The notes under the pieces: generated by a model | What the model saw: only the letters and a program-made list of their open reading frames with translations | The model's database searches: none | What the model was told of the DNA's origin: nothing | Translations under genes and position numbers: made by a program | In this document: piece after piece, positions 56,274 to 64,000 of the stretch | How positions within the stretch are numbered: the stretch's first letter is position 1 | Layout of the letters: every line of letters starts with the position of its first letter | NCBI GenBank assembly: GCA_018819065.1 | Contig: JAHJQL010000075.1 | Coordinates: 625 to 64,624 of the forward strand | DNA length: 64,000 nt | Direction: 5' to 3' | Source: Nanobdellota archaeon | GTDB lineage: Archaea; Nanobdellota; Nanobdellia; Woesearchaeales; GCA-2686295

Positions 56274-57218
56274 ATGACTTATGTTGAGACTATTAAAAAA
56301 GGGAAAAAAGAATATTATTATCTTACTAAAAATCTTAGAATTGGCATCAATAAGTGGAAGAAGATAAGGGTTTATATCGGCGACAAGAAACCAACAAAAT
56401 CAGATATAAAGAAATTTGTAGAGGAGATTGATAGAAAAATAGAAAGTGAAGGATTAAAAAAATCTAACTATTCTTTTTTATCTGTTAAAGATGCCAAAAC
56501 TCTTCAAGACTTAAAAGAGAGTTATGAGGATTGGCTAAAACAAACTTCTGAAAGTTTAAGACGAAAATTATATGATGATTTTGTGATTAGATTTACTTAT
56601 AATACCAATGCTATTGAAGGCAACAGACTCACATTGCGGCAAACAGCTTTGATACTAAAAGACAAAGTAATCCCATCAGGCATAAGAGCATCTGATTATC
56701 ACGAAGCAATTAATGGAAAGGAATGTTTAGAATTCTTAAAATCTTACAAAGGAGGACTCAATGATAAATTGTTGGAGAAAGTAAATGGTGTCTTGACTAA
56801 GAACACAGATGTTGTTCATAGTGGAAGAATAAGATTTTTTGACGTAAAAATTGAAGGTTCTACTCATATTCCTCCAAAACATGATGAAGTTAGAAAACAT
56901 TTGTTGAATATGTATAAATGGTACAGTGCCAATAAAAATAGTCTTCATCCATTTGAGTTAGCTACAATGATTCATGCAAAACTAACTTGGATACACCCAT
57001 TTGAAGATGGAAATGGAAGAACTGCTCGTGCAATCATGAATTGGATTCTTATAAACAATGATTATCCTATGTTTTTCATCCCATTTGAGAAAAGGGAAGA
57101 ATATTACTTAGTACTAGAAGAAGCTGATAAAAGTGATTACAAGAATTATGTTGCTAAAATGCTCCAGTTAATCATAGAGCAAATCAGAAGTTACGGGCAC
57201 AAAGAAAAGAAAGAATGA
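56274..57218 (+). CDS. Fic/DOC-family protein (AMPylase-type) with N-terminal wHTH-like region
   Basis: Fic motif HPFEDGNGRTARAIMN. Confidence 0.85.
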   Translation: MTYVETIKKGKKEYYYLTKNLRIGINKWKKIRVYIGDKKPTKSDIKKFVEEIDRKIESEGLKKSNYSFLSVKDAKTLQDLKESYEDWLKQTSESLRRKLYDDFVIRFTYNTNAIEGNRLTLRQTALILKDKVIPSGIRASDYHEAINGKECLEFLKSYKGGLNDKLLEKVNGVLTKNTDVVHSGRIRFFDVKIEGSTHIPPKHDEVRKHLLNMYKWYSANKNSLHPFELATMIHAKLTWIHPFEDGNGRTARAIMNWILINNDYPMFFIPFEKREEYYLVLEEADKSDYKNYVAKMLQLIIEQIRSYGHKEKKE

Positions 57219-57257
57219 ACTTTGTATGGGCACAAGTTTCATACTTGCTCCGAGTAC

Positions 57258-57298
57258 TTACCCTTTAAACAACAGTTTTTTTAAATAAAGGGTAAGAT
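57258..57298. terminator. 11-bp-stem hairpin between the two Fic genes
   Basis: cttacccttta ... taaagggtaag with a T-rich loop, lying between the stop of Fic-1 and the start of Fic-2. Confidence 0.4.
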
Positions 57299-57329
57299 TT
57301 ATATATTAGTTCTTCTTTTTTAGTTTGTA

Positions 57330-58334
57330 ATGGTTTATATTTATAAGAAAAGGATTGGAGAAAAGGATTATTATTATCTTAGAATATCGGTTAAAAATAA
57401 TAATAAGATTGTTACAAAAGATCTTGCTTATTTGGGGAGTGACTTAAGTAAAATAAGTGAAAAATTAGATTCTTTATCTTCTTACCAAAAAGAAATTCGA
57501 AAAGCTTACAAAACAATCAATAGTTTTATACAAACTAATCGCTATATCGAGAATGTTCAGTCTCAAAAGATTAAAACTAACTCTTTTTTGTCTAAAAAAG
57601 ACTTATATGAAGTTGAAGCGTGTAAACTTCATTGGAATCAAAAAATTCAGAAAATGGATGAACTGACAAAATCAGAGATATTAAAGAACTTCATCATAGA
57701 ATTTGCTTTTAACACTGCATCTATTGAAGGTAATACGATAACCTTAAAGCAAGCACAAAACTTGTTAATGGAGAATCTGACACCAAAAAATAAGACTTTA
57801 AAAGAAATATATGATCTTCAAAACACACAAAAAGTATTTTTAAGTCTGTATGATAATTTAAAACAAGAATTAAATCACAAACTAATATCAAAAGTTCATG
57901 ATTCATTGCTTGAGAATATTGATAATAGAACAGGATACAGAACAGATGATGTTAGAGTTTTTAAGATGAACTTTAAATCAACACCTGCAAAATATGTAAA
58001 AATTGACATGGATATTTTATTAGATTGGTATGAAAAAAACAAACGAAAACTACACCCATTAGTGTTAGCAACGCTTTTTCATCATAAATTTGAGAAGATT
58101 CATCCGTTTATGGATGGAAACGGTCGAACCGGAAGAATGCTTATGAATTTTATATTATTAAAAAATAATTATCCGCCAATAATAATCAGAAAGAAAAATC
58201 GAACGGAATACTTGAACAAATTAAACAAAGCAGATGGATGTGACCTGGATAAGACTGAAAATAAATATTATGATGATTTAATTGAGTTTACAAGTTTTGA
58301 ATTAAAAGATAATTATTGGAACTTATTTTTGTAA
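57330..58334 (+). CDS. Fic/DOC-family protein, paralog
   Basis: Fic motif HPFMDGNGRTGRMLMN. The N-terminus (YIYKKRIGEKDYYYLR) parallels the first copy (YVETIKKGKKEYYYLT). Confidence 0.85.
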   Translation: MVYIYKKRIGEKDYYYLRISVKNNNKIVTKDLAYLGSDLSKISEKLDSLSSYQKEIRKAYKTINSFIQTNRYIENVQSQKIKTNSFLSKKDLYEVEACKLHWNQKIQKMDELTKSEILKNFIIEFAFNTASIEGNTITLKQAQNLLMENLTPKNKTLKEIYDLQNTQKVFLSLYDNLKQELNHKLISKVHDSLLENIDNRTGYRTDDVRVFKMNFKSTPAKYVKIDMDILLDWYEKNKRKLHPLVLATLFHHKFEKIHPFMDGNGRTGRMLMNFILLKNNYPPIIIRKKNRTEYLNKLNKADGCDLDKTENKYYDDLIEFTSFELKDNYWNLFL

Positions 58335-58400
58335 AATAAGTTCAAAACTTTTTGTTTTGATTATATCTTTCTTTGAAAGATATTCAGAAATATTATGTAA

Positions 58401-58865
58401 TTAATCATTAATAGTTATTTTTTTAATAACTACTTTATCTAATGGTCTATCTTGTGTGTCTGTCTTTACTTTACCAATATCTGCTAATACGCTTTTTCCT
58501 TCTATTACTTTTCCGAAGATTGCATGTTTATTATCAAGCCACTGACAAGGAGCAAGTGTTATGAAGAATTGGCTTCCTCCACTGTTAGGACCAGAATTAG
58601 ACATAGACAAGAAACCTTTGTTACTATGCTTTAAATCTTTATGAAACTCATCTTTAATCTTATAACCAGGACCACCTGTTCCATTACCCTTTGGACAACC
58701 GGCTTGAACCATAAAATCCTTGATAATTCTATGGAAAGATAGATTATTGTAAAAACCTTTCTTAGACAAATCGATGAAGTTCTTAGTCGTAATTGGAGCT
58801 TTATCTTCGAAAAGCTCAATTGTCATGTTACCTAAAGACGTTTCAATCGTTGCAGTACGGTTCAT
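58401..58865 (-). CDS. ppiB: Peptidyl-prolyl cis-trans isomerase, cyclophilin type
   Basis: FHRIIKDFMVQAG, GGPGYKIKDEF, SMSNSGPNSGGSQFFIT. I prefer the start at MNRTATIETS (58865) because a TATA-like tttaaata lies about 25 nt upstream. The track ORF extends to 58916. Confidence 0.85.
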   Translation of the reverse strand: MNRTATIETSLGNMTIELFEDKAPITTKNFIDLSKKGFYNNLSFHRIIKDFMVQAGCPKGNGTGGPGYKIKDEFHKDLKHSNKGFLSMSNSGPNSGGSQFFITLAPCQWLDNKHAIFGKVIEGKSVLADIGKVKTDTQDRPLDKVVIKKITIND

Positions 58866-58973
58866 AAAGAAAAGAGAAAAGGGGAAGGTATTTAAAGGTG
58901 ATGGGGGGATGAACATAGTTTAATTGCAAATATTTAAATAAATTCAAATTAATGTATATCATAGGGAGATGCA

Positions 58974-59579
58974 ATGAATTACTGTACTATTTGTAAAAAA
59001 GAAATAACTGAAGCTGAACAGATTTATTCTACAAAGAAATATGGTAAAGCTTTATGCAGATCACATCAGAATACTACTAATAATGGATTATCAAAAAAAG
59101 AAGGTAGATACAAAGAAGGTATGATTAAAGGTCGAATTGCGGAAACCTTAATAGAAGAGTTATTTTTATCCTTAGGTTATAATGTATTTAGATATGGAAT
59201 GGAAAATACAGTCCCTGCAATTACAAAACTTCTTCAAGATGTTAACAGTGAGGTTGCAGATACTATTAGAAGAATGCCTGATTTTGTAGTTCAACATCCA
59301 ATAAGAAAAGATGTGTATTTTATAGAAGTTAAATTTAGAAAAAGTGGTCAATTTGATATTAGTGATAAATCTTTATATAAATATCCTTATGGGAATGCAT
59401 ATTTTGTTATCGTTTCAAAAAGTCATATTAAATGTATTACTTATTCAGAATTGAAGGAAGGTAAAAAAGTAACTTCAAAATCAATGAATTATCTTGGAAA
59501 CAGGAAAGAGTTTGATTTAGACAAAGAAACAATCAAGCAGTTTTGTGATTTCGCGGTTAAGTTTTTTAGTGAAGTATAA
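58974..59579 (+). CDS. Zn-ribbon plus PD-(D/E)XK nuclease-fold protein (Hjc/Mrr-like core)
   Basis: CTICKK...CRSHQ, then GRIAETLIEELFLSLGYNVFRYG ... MPDFVV ... YFIEVKFR (E...PD...ExK). Confidence 0.6.
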   Translation: MNYCTICKKEITEAEQIYSTKKYGKALCRSHQNTTNNGLSKKEGRYKEGMIKGRIAETLIEELFLSLGYNVFRYGMENTVPAITKLLQDVNSEVADTIRRMPDFVVQHPIRKDVYFIEVKFRKSGQFDISDKSLYKYPYGNAYFVIVSKSHIKCITYSELKEGKKVTSKSMNYLGNRKEFDLDKETIKQFCDFAVKFFSEV

Positions 59580-59644
59580 TATCTTTTCACCCAATTAATT
59601 TGAATATATAACAAAGAGACGAAGTCCCCCTCTCAAACCACTCC

Positions 59645-59887
59645 TTAACTCATAATCCTTTCTTCTTCACACATCTCTTCCGCTTCCCCCACTTCCACAA
59701 CCACCCCCTCTTCCCTCCCTGTTACGAGTTCATAGCACGTCTGTTTGTCAAACATTGTTTCTCTTTGCTGTGCTACTTCTTTTTCTAAGATTATTATTCT
59801 AATCGTTGCAATCATTAATATTATTGCTATTATTACTGCAATTATTACTATTATTTTTTTACTTACCTTTTCAGAAGCTTTCGTCAT
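59645..59887 (-). CDS. Small membrane protein with acidic C-terminus
   Basis: 80-aa ORF with one TM helix (IIVIIAVIIAIILMIATIRIIIL). Confidence 0.4.
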   Translation of the reverse strand: MTKASEKVSKKIIVIIAVIIAIILMIATIRIIILEKEVAQQRETMFDKQTCYELVTGREEGVVVEVGEAEEMCEEERIMS

Positions 59888-60000
59888 GAAAAAGTAGTGT
59901 CCAGAATGGTTTATATTTGTTTTTTAGAAAAAAGCGGAATATTTGCGGATGTTAAATATAAAGCAAACATTAAAAAAGAAATACTAATCTTTAAATTTTC

Positions 60001-60177
60001 ATGGGCGGAACAGGAAGAAAGTTACCTAAGAGACACACATACAAAAAAGAGTCTAAAGTTGTTGAAAAAACAAGTAAGTTTCCAGATTGTATAGGACAAT
60101 TTCCTGACTGTGCATCTTATACTGCTGATATGGTTATAGAAAATAGACCTGAATGTCGTTCTTGTCCGTTCAAATAA
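60001..60177 (+). CDS. Small basic/cysteine-rich ORF (58 aa), not in the supplied track
   Basis: MGGTGRKLPKRHTYKKESKVVEKTSKFPDCIGQFPDCASYTADMVIENRPECRSCPFK*. It has four Cys in a C-x6-C ... C-x2-C arrangement and ends 60 nt upstream of the Dam-like gene. Confidence 0.3.
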   Translation: MGGTGRKLPKRHTYKKESKVVEKTSKFPDCIGQFPDCASYTADMVIENRPECRSCPFK

Positions 60178-60237
60178 TCTTTTTCTAGATATTAAAAAAG
60201 GTCAAAATTTATATAACTAATCATTATTTATTATTAT

Positions 60238-61068
60238 ATGAACTTGAACATTCCTAAGTTTGTCAAATGGGCTGGTGGAAAAACTCAGTTAATAGAACAG
60301 TTTAAACCTCTTTTTCCTTCAAAAATTGATAGATATTTTGAACCTTTTGTAGGTGGTGGAGCTGTATTATTTTACGTAATTGAGATTTATTCTCCTAAAA
60401 AAGTGTTTATTTCAGATATAAATGAAGAATTAATTAATTCATATAAGATTGTCAAAGAAGATGTTGAGAATCTCATATCATTATTGAAAAAACATGCTAA
60501 AGAATACAGTAAAGAAGAAAAAGAATATTATTATAAAATAAGAGCTTTAGATGTTGAAAACTTCACTGACTTGGAGCGTGCTGCAAGATTTATCTTTCTT
60601 AACAGAACTTGCTTTAATGGTTTATACAGGGTTAATTCAAAAGGAAAGTTCAATGTACCAATAGGCAGATATGTTAATCCTGATATTGTCAGAGAAGATG
60701 TTCTTAGAAGAATAAATAAGTTGTTGCAAAAAGTAGAATTAAGAGTTATGTCATTTGAAAAAATAGTTGGTTTAGTTCAACAAGATGATTTTGTATATTT
60801 TGACCCTCCATATTGGCCAATAAACGGAACAAGTTTTACTAGTTATACTCATTTAGACTTCAAAAAAGAAGACCAAGAAAAATTAGCAGAAGTTTTCAAA
60901 GAATTAGATAAAAAAGGTTGTAAAATAATGTTAAGCAACAGCGACACCAAACTAATAAATGATTTATATAAAAACTACAAGATTAAAATAGTAAAAGCCA
61001 CAAGGATGATTAACTCTAAAGTTGAAGGAAGAGGAGAAATTAACGAAGTTGTTATAACTAATTATTAA
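60238..61068 (+). CDS. Dam-type (alpha-class, D12) N6-adenine DNA methyltransferase
   Basis: N-terminal KWAGGKTQL, FEPFVGGGAV (AdoMet motif), and catalytic FDPPYWP. Confidence 0.85.
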   Translation: MNLNIPKFVKWAGGKTQLIEQFKPLFPSKIDRYFEPFVGGGAVLFYVIEIYSPKKVFISDINEELINSYKIVKEDVENLISLLKKHAKEYSKEEKEYYYKIRALDVENFTDLERAARFIFLNRTCFNGLYRVNSKGKFNVPIGRYVNPDIVREDVLRRINKLLQKVELRVMSFEKIVGLVQQDDFVYFDPPYWPINGTSFTSYTHLDFKKEDQEKLAEVFKELDKKGCKIMLSNSDTKLINDLYKNYKIKIVKATRMINSKVEGRGEINEVVITNY

Positions 61069-61081
61069 ACTCTAACTTAGC

Positions 61082-61591
61082 TTACAAACCTAGAAATTCT
61101 AAAGGTAACACATTAAAGAAATAATAACAATTGACAGAACTTATATAATTTAACACATCTGAATATTCTTTCTTTTTGAACCAATCATTAAGAACATATA
61201 CATATTTTGCTTTAATTCCAAGATTTGATAATAATTTGTTGTACTGTTTGTTCTTAAAATCACATGTCTGAAGCTTTTCATCTACAGAACCTGCAACTTC
61301 TTGAAATTTCATCTCAACAATAAACATAGTTTTAGTCTTGAAAACATATATTGCTTCGTCAGGAAGTAATTTTTTTGAAATAAAATCAGAATAGTTTATT
61401 TTAGACTCGAGAAAATTTTTGTATAGCTTATGTTTTTGGAATAGTTGAGCAACCTTCTTATCTTTAAAATAGATGATGTCTTCTTTAACATCAAAATCAG
61501 GTAGAGATAAAAAAATATCTTTTAAAGATACTCTTGATTCAAATTTTAATCCAGTTAAAGTTTTCGCTCCTCCTTTTCCGTCTTTTATCAT
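61082..61591 (-). CDS. Putative type II restriction endonuclease (PD-(D/E)XK)
   Basis: 169 aa, with LLPDEAIYV ... FIVEMKFQ (PD...ExK). It is convergent with and 13 nt from the Dam-like gene. Confidence 0.55.
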   Translation of the reverse strand: MIKDGKGGAKTLTGLKFESRVSLKDIFLSLPDFDVKEDIIYFKDKKVAQLFQKHKLYKNFLESKINYSDFISKKLLPDEAIYVFKTKTMFIVEMKFQEVAGSVDEKLQTCDFKNKQYNKLLSNLGIKAKYVYVLNDWFKKKEYSDVLNYISSVNCYYFFNVLPLEFLGL

Positions 61592-61618
61592 TTTATAATA
61601 TAATCTATTTAATCTATG

Positions 61619-62233
61619 TCATTCTAAATACCACAAAGGTTTCAAATTTGTTTCATATTCTTTATGTTTTTTATTCTCTTTACTAGTATATTGTGTTTTT
61701 GGCGGTTGAAATCGACAAACACTCATACACATGTTATCAATTTCTTTTGGACTGTCAATAAATTCCCTTATCCAACCTTGAAAAAATAAGTTTTTTGGGT
61801 CAAAGTTGCTTTCTTTCGTATAATTTAATTCTTGCTCAATAAGAAATAATTGTGATAAGTTAGCTATAATTCTTAGTGTATTTAGATAATGTTTAAATTC
61901 TTCTTTCTCTAAAAGTTTTATTTCTTCATCAGGGTCTTTACCATAAAATATATTGTCAAAAATAGTTAGTAGTTTTTCTTTTGAATTTGGGTTTGAGCGT
62001 GTTCGAAGATTTAAGTCTATTATTAATCTTAAATGATTTGGTTTAAACACTCTCTCACCTTCTTTTAACCATATTTGAAAATTCTTTTTTAAGTCATAAG
62101 TATTTCTTAAAGAAGCAGGCATAACGGAAGGTCTGATAATAAATAATTCAACATTTTCTTTATCTGTAAGAATTATTTTTTTCTTATCAAATTCTAATTG
62201 TTCAATGAGTTTAAACATTTCCGAGTATCTCAT
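61619..62233 (-). CDS. Hypothetical protein in R-M context (possible second nuclease or specificity factor)
   Basis: 204-aa ORF lying between the nuclease candidate and the divergent beta-class methyltransferase. No clear catalytic motif. Confidence 0.45.
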   Translation of the reverse strand: MRYSEMFKLIEQLEFDKKKIILTDKENVELFIIRPSVMPASLRNTYDLKKNFQIWLKEGERVFKPNHLRLIIDLNLRTRSNPNSKEKLLTIFDNIFYGKDPDEEIKLLEKEEFKHYLNTLRIIANLSQLFLIEQELNYTKESNFDPKNLFFQGWIREFIDSPKEIDNMCMSVCRFQPPKTQYTSKENKKHKEYETNLKPLWYLE

Positions 62234-62359
62234 TAGTTAACATGATAGAAATCATAATATAAATAATTTACGACTTAATTGAATAATTTTCGGGTTTGCA
62301 GTGTTTTCACTGGACAAAGCCTAGTAAACTATATAAAGGATAAATAGCTTTTGTAACAC

Positions 62360-63118
62360 ATGATTTTTTATGAGGATAAAAGTGTTAAACTCTTAGAAGG
62401 TGATTGTCTTAAAATTCTTCCACAACTAGAGGAAGAATCTGTTACAACTATATTTGCTGACCCACCTTATAATTTATCAAATGGTGGAATTTCTTGCAAA
62501 GCAGGAAAAATGGTTTCAGTAAATAAAGCAGATTGGGATAAATCAAATGGTTTTGAGAAAGACTTCGAGTTTACTTATAATTGGTTGAAAGAATGCAAAC
62601 GAGTTCTAAAACCTAATGGAACAATATGGATTTCTGGGACACCACATAATATTTATCAAGTTGGTTATGCACTTCAAAAGTTAGGTTTTCAAATTCTTAA
62701 TGAGATTTCTTGGTTTAAACCAAACGCTCCCCCAAACTTGTCTTGCAGATACTTTGCTCATTCTCACGAAACAATTCTTTGGGCTAAAAAAGACAAGAAC
62801 GCCAAACATAAATTTAATTATAAAGAAATGAAAGAATGGAATGATAAAATAAGTCCATCAGGAAAACAAATGCGAAGTGTTTGGCACATACCATTAACGT
62901 CCATAAGTGAAAAAACTAACGGTAAACACCCAACTCAAAAACCAATTGAAGTTCTAAAAAGAGTAATACTTTCTAGTTCTGATAAAGGAGATTTAGTATT
63001 AGACCCTTTCAATGGTTCAGGAACAACTGGAGTTGTGGCGAAACAGTATAATAGAAAATATATTGGCATTGATAAAGAGCAAGAATACTTAATTTTGACT
63101 AAGAAAAGACTTTTTTAA
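62360..63118 (+). CDS. Beta-class N4/N6 DNA methyltransferase
   Basis: Catalytic FADPPYN near the N-terminus and AdoMet motif LDPFNGSGTTG near the C-terminus, which is the beta-class order. Confidence 0.85.
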   Translation: MIFYEDKSVKLLEGDCLKILPQLEEESVTTIFADPPYNLSNGGISCKAGKMVSVNKADWDKSNGFEKDFEFTYNWLKECKRVLKPNGTIWISGTPHNIYQVGYALQKLGFQILNEISWFKPNAPPNLSCRYFAHSHETILWAKKDKNAKHKFNYKEMKEWNDKISPSGKQMRSVWHIPLTSISEKTNGKHPTQKPIEVLKRVILSSSDKGDLVLDPFNGSGTTGVVAKQYNRKYIGIDKEQEYLILTKKRLF

Positions 63119-63243
63119 AAGAAATATTTTTATAAACAGACATTATCATAGTTTATTTATAAACATTAGTAAATTGTAATTAACATATTCTTTCAAATGA
63201 TAAATCAAAACATTTATATATTTTTATCTATATACAACAGTTT

Positions 63244-64000
63244 ATGAAAGAAAGAAACTCTCCAAATGATATTATTCCTGCAATACTTAATCATTTAAGA
63301 AATGGTTCAACAACTTTATCTGAGTTAAGTAAAGACACAAAAATTAACAGAGTCACTTTATCTTTATATTTAGACGCTTTTAAAAAAGCAAACTTAATTA
63401 AAAAAAGAAAAAATGGACGAGAACAAATAATTTTTCTAAATCATTATGATGATTCATACTTTGATCTGCCAATAAGACAATCAGATAAGAAAGAGATGAA
63501 AACCATATATGCAATAATAAGAAGATATTGTCAATTGGAATATAAAAAAGAACCAACAAAAACTCATGTCTACAAAATATTATATGAATTGGCTCAAGAG
63601 GAAAATTTGAAAGTGCCTGTAGGCTGGTATCAACACGGTCATTGTTCAGTCTTAATATATTCTGGGAATGAATCAGAACTAATGAAACTCCCTTATGAGA
63701 ATAAAATAAAAGAAAAAGTTCAGGAATTTTGTAAGTTAGAACCTGTTGAGCTGCAAAAACAAATTTATAAAAAATATAAAAACAAATTATACCAGTTTAA
63801 AGAGGATATTAGATCTGTGGAACAAGAACAGATAAATGATTTTCTAATGCAATTATTAAAATTAACCCCTCAAGAAACCATAGATGTTACGACTGATTTT
63901 ATACGTGCAACAATGCTTCTTGGCTGGGACCAGACAAAAGATATTTTCTTCAAACACTTATGGAAGTATATTGCAACAATAGAGTATAAAGAATCCCTAA
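63244..64000 (+). CDS. wHTH-containing hypothetical protein, 3' end outside the window
   Basis: The frame starting at ATG 63244 stays open to the window end (252 codons). N-terminal IIPAILNHLRNGSTTLSELSKDTKINRVTLSLYLDAFKKANLI is winged-helix-like. It is absent from the track because no stop is reached. Confidence 0.6.
   Translation, partial: MKERNSPNDIIPAILNHLRNGSTTLSELSKDTKINRVTLSLYLDAFKKANLIKKRKNGREQIIFLNHYDDSYFDLPIRQSDKKEMKTIYAIIRRYCQLEYKKEPTKTHVYKILYELAQEENLKVPVGWYQHGHCSVLIYSGNESELMKLPYENKIKEKVQEFCKLEPVELQKQIYKKYKNKLYQFKEDIRSVEQEQINDFLMQLLKLTPQETIDVTTDFIRATMLLGWDQTKDIFFKHLWKYIATIEYKESL

Overview
The window is visibly AT-rich and reads as an archaeal chromosome segment. By inference it comes from a small-genome, DPANN-like lineage. 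Supporting evidence: ether-lipid head-group genes (CDP-archaeol synthase, archaetidylserine synthase and decarboxylase), an XPD helicase, TrmB and Lrp regulators, a PIN-ATPase-KH protein, an initiator tRNA with an A1:U72 pair, and BHB-type tRNA introns. About 65 protein genes are supported, mostly housekeeping: smc, guaB, ahcY, adk, dut, truD, rnhB, mscL, a ZIP transporter and others. Accessory islands sit at both ends. At 0-9 kb there is a Zn-ribbon DNA methyltransferase, a KamA-like radical SAM cassette, an AlbA_2 regulator and an ADP-ribosylglycohydrolase. At 56-64 kb there are two Fic proteins, PD-(D/E)XK nucleases and two DNA methyltransferases with small nuclease candidates. The most unusual content is RNA-level and is not explained by the ORF track. 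(1) Three GC-rich tRNA genes are each interrupted by multiple introns, some non-canonical. tRNA-Arg(CCT) carries two introns of about 135 nt, in the D-loop and in the T-loop at position 59/60. tRNA-iMet has a D-loop intron plus the canonical 37/38 intron. A tRNA-Ser-like gene has the same 59/60 intron, an anticodon arm I could not reconstruct, and a duplicated 5' module next to a free-standing LAGLIDADG endonuclease gene. (2) Two 252-bp direct repeats bracket tRNA-Arg, and both they and the introns carry a shared A5/T5 hairpin family. (3) A three-copy family of GC-rich structured intergenic elements delimits gene cassettes in the first 7.5 kb. Also noted: an MBL / radical SAM / IucA-IucC-like operon, several decayed genes, and an in-frame TAG in an Lnt-like gene. 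All calls rest on manual reading; no searches were run.
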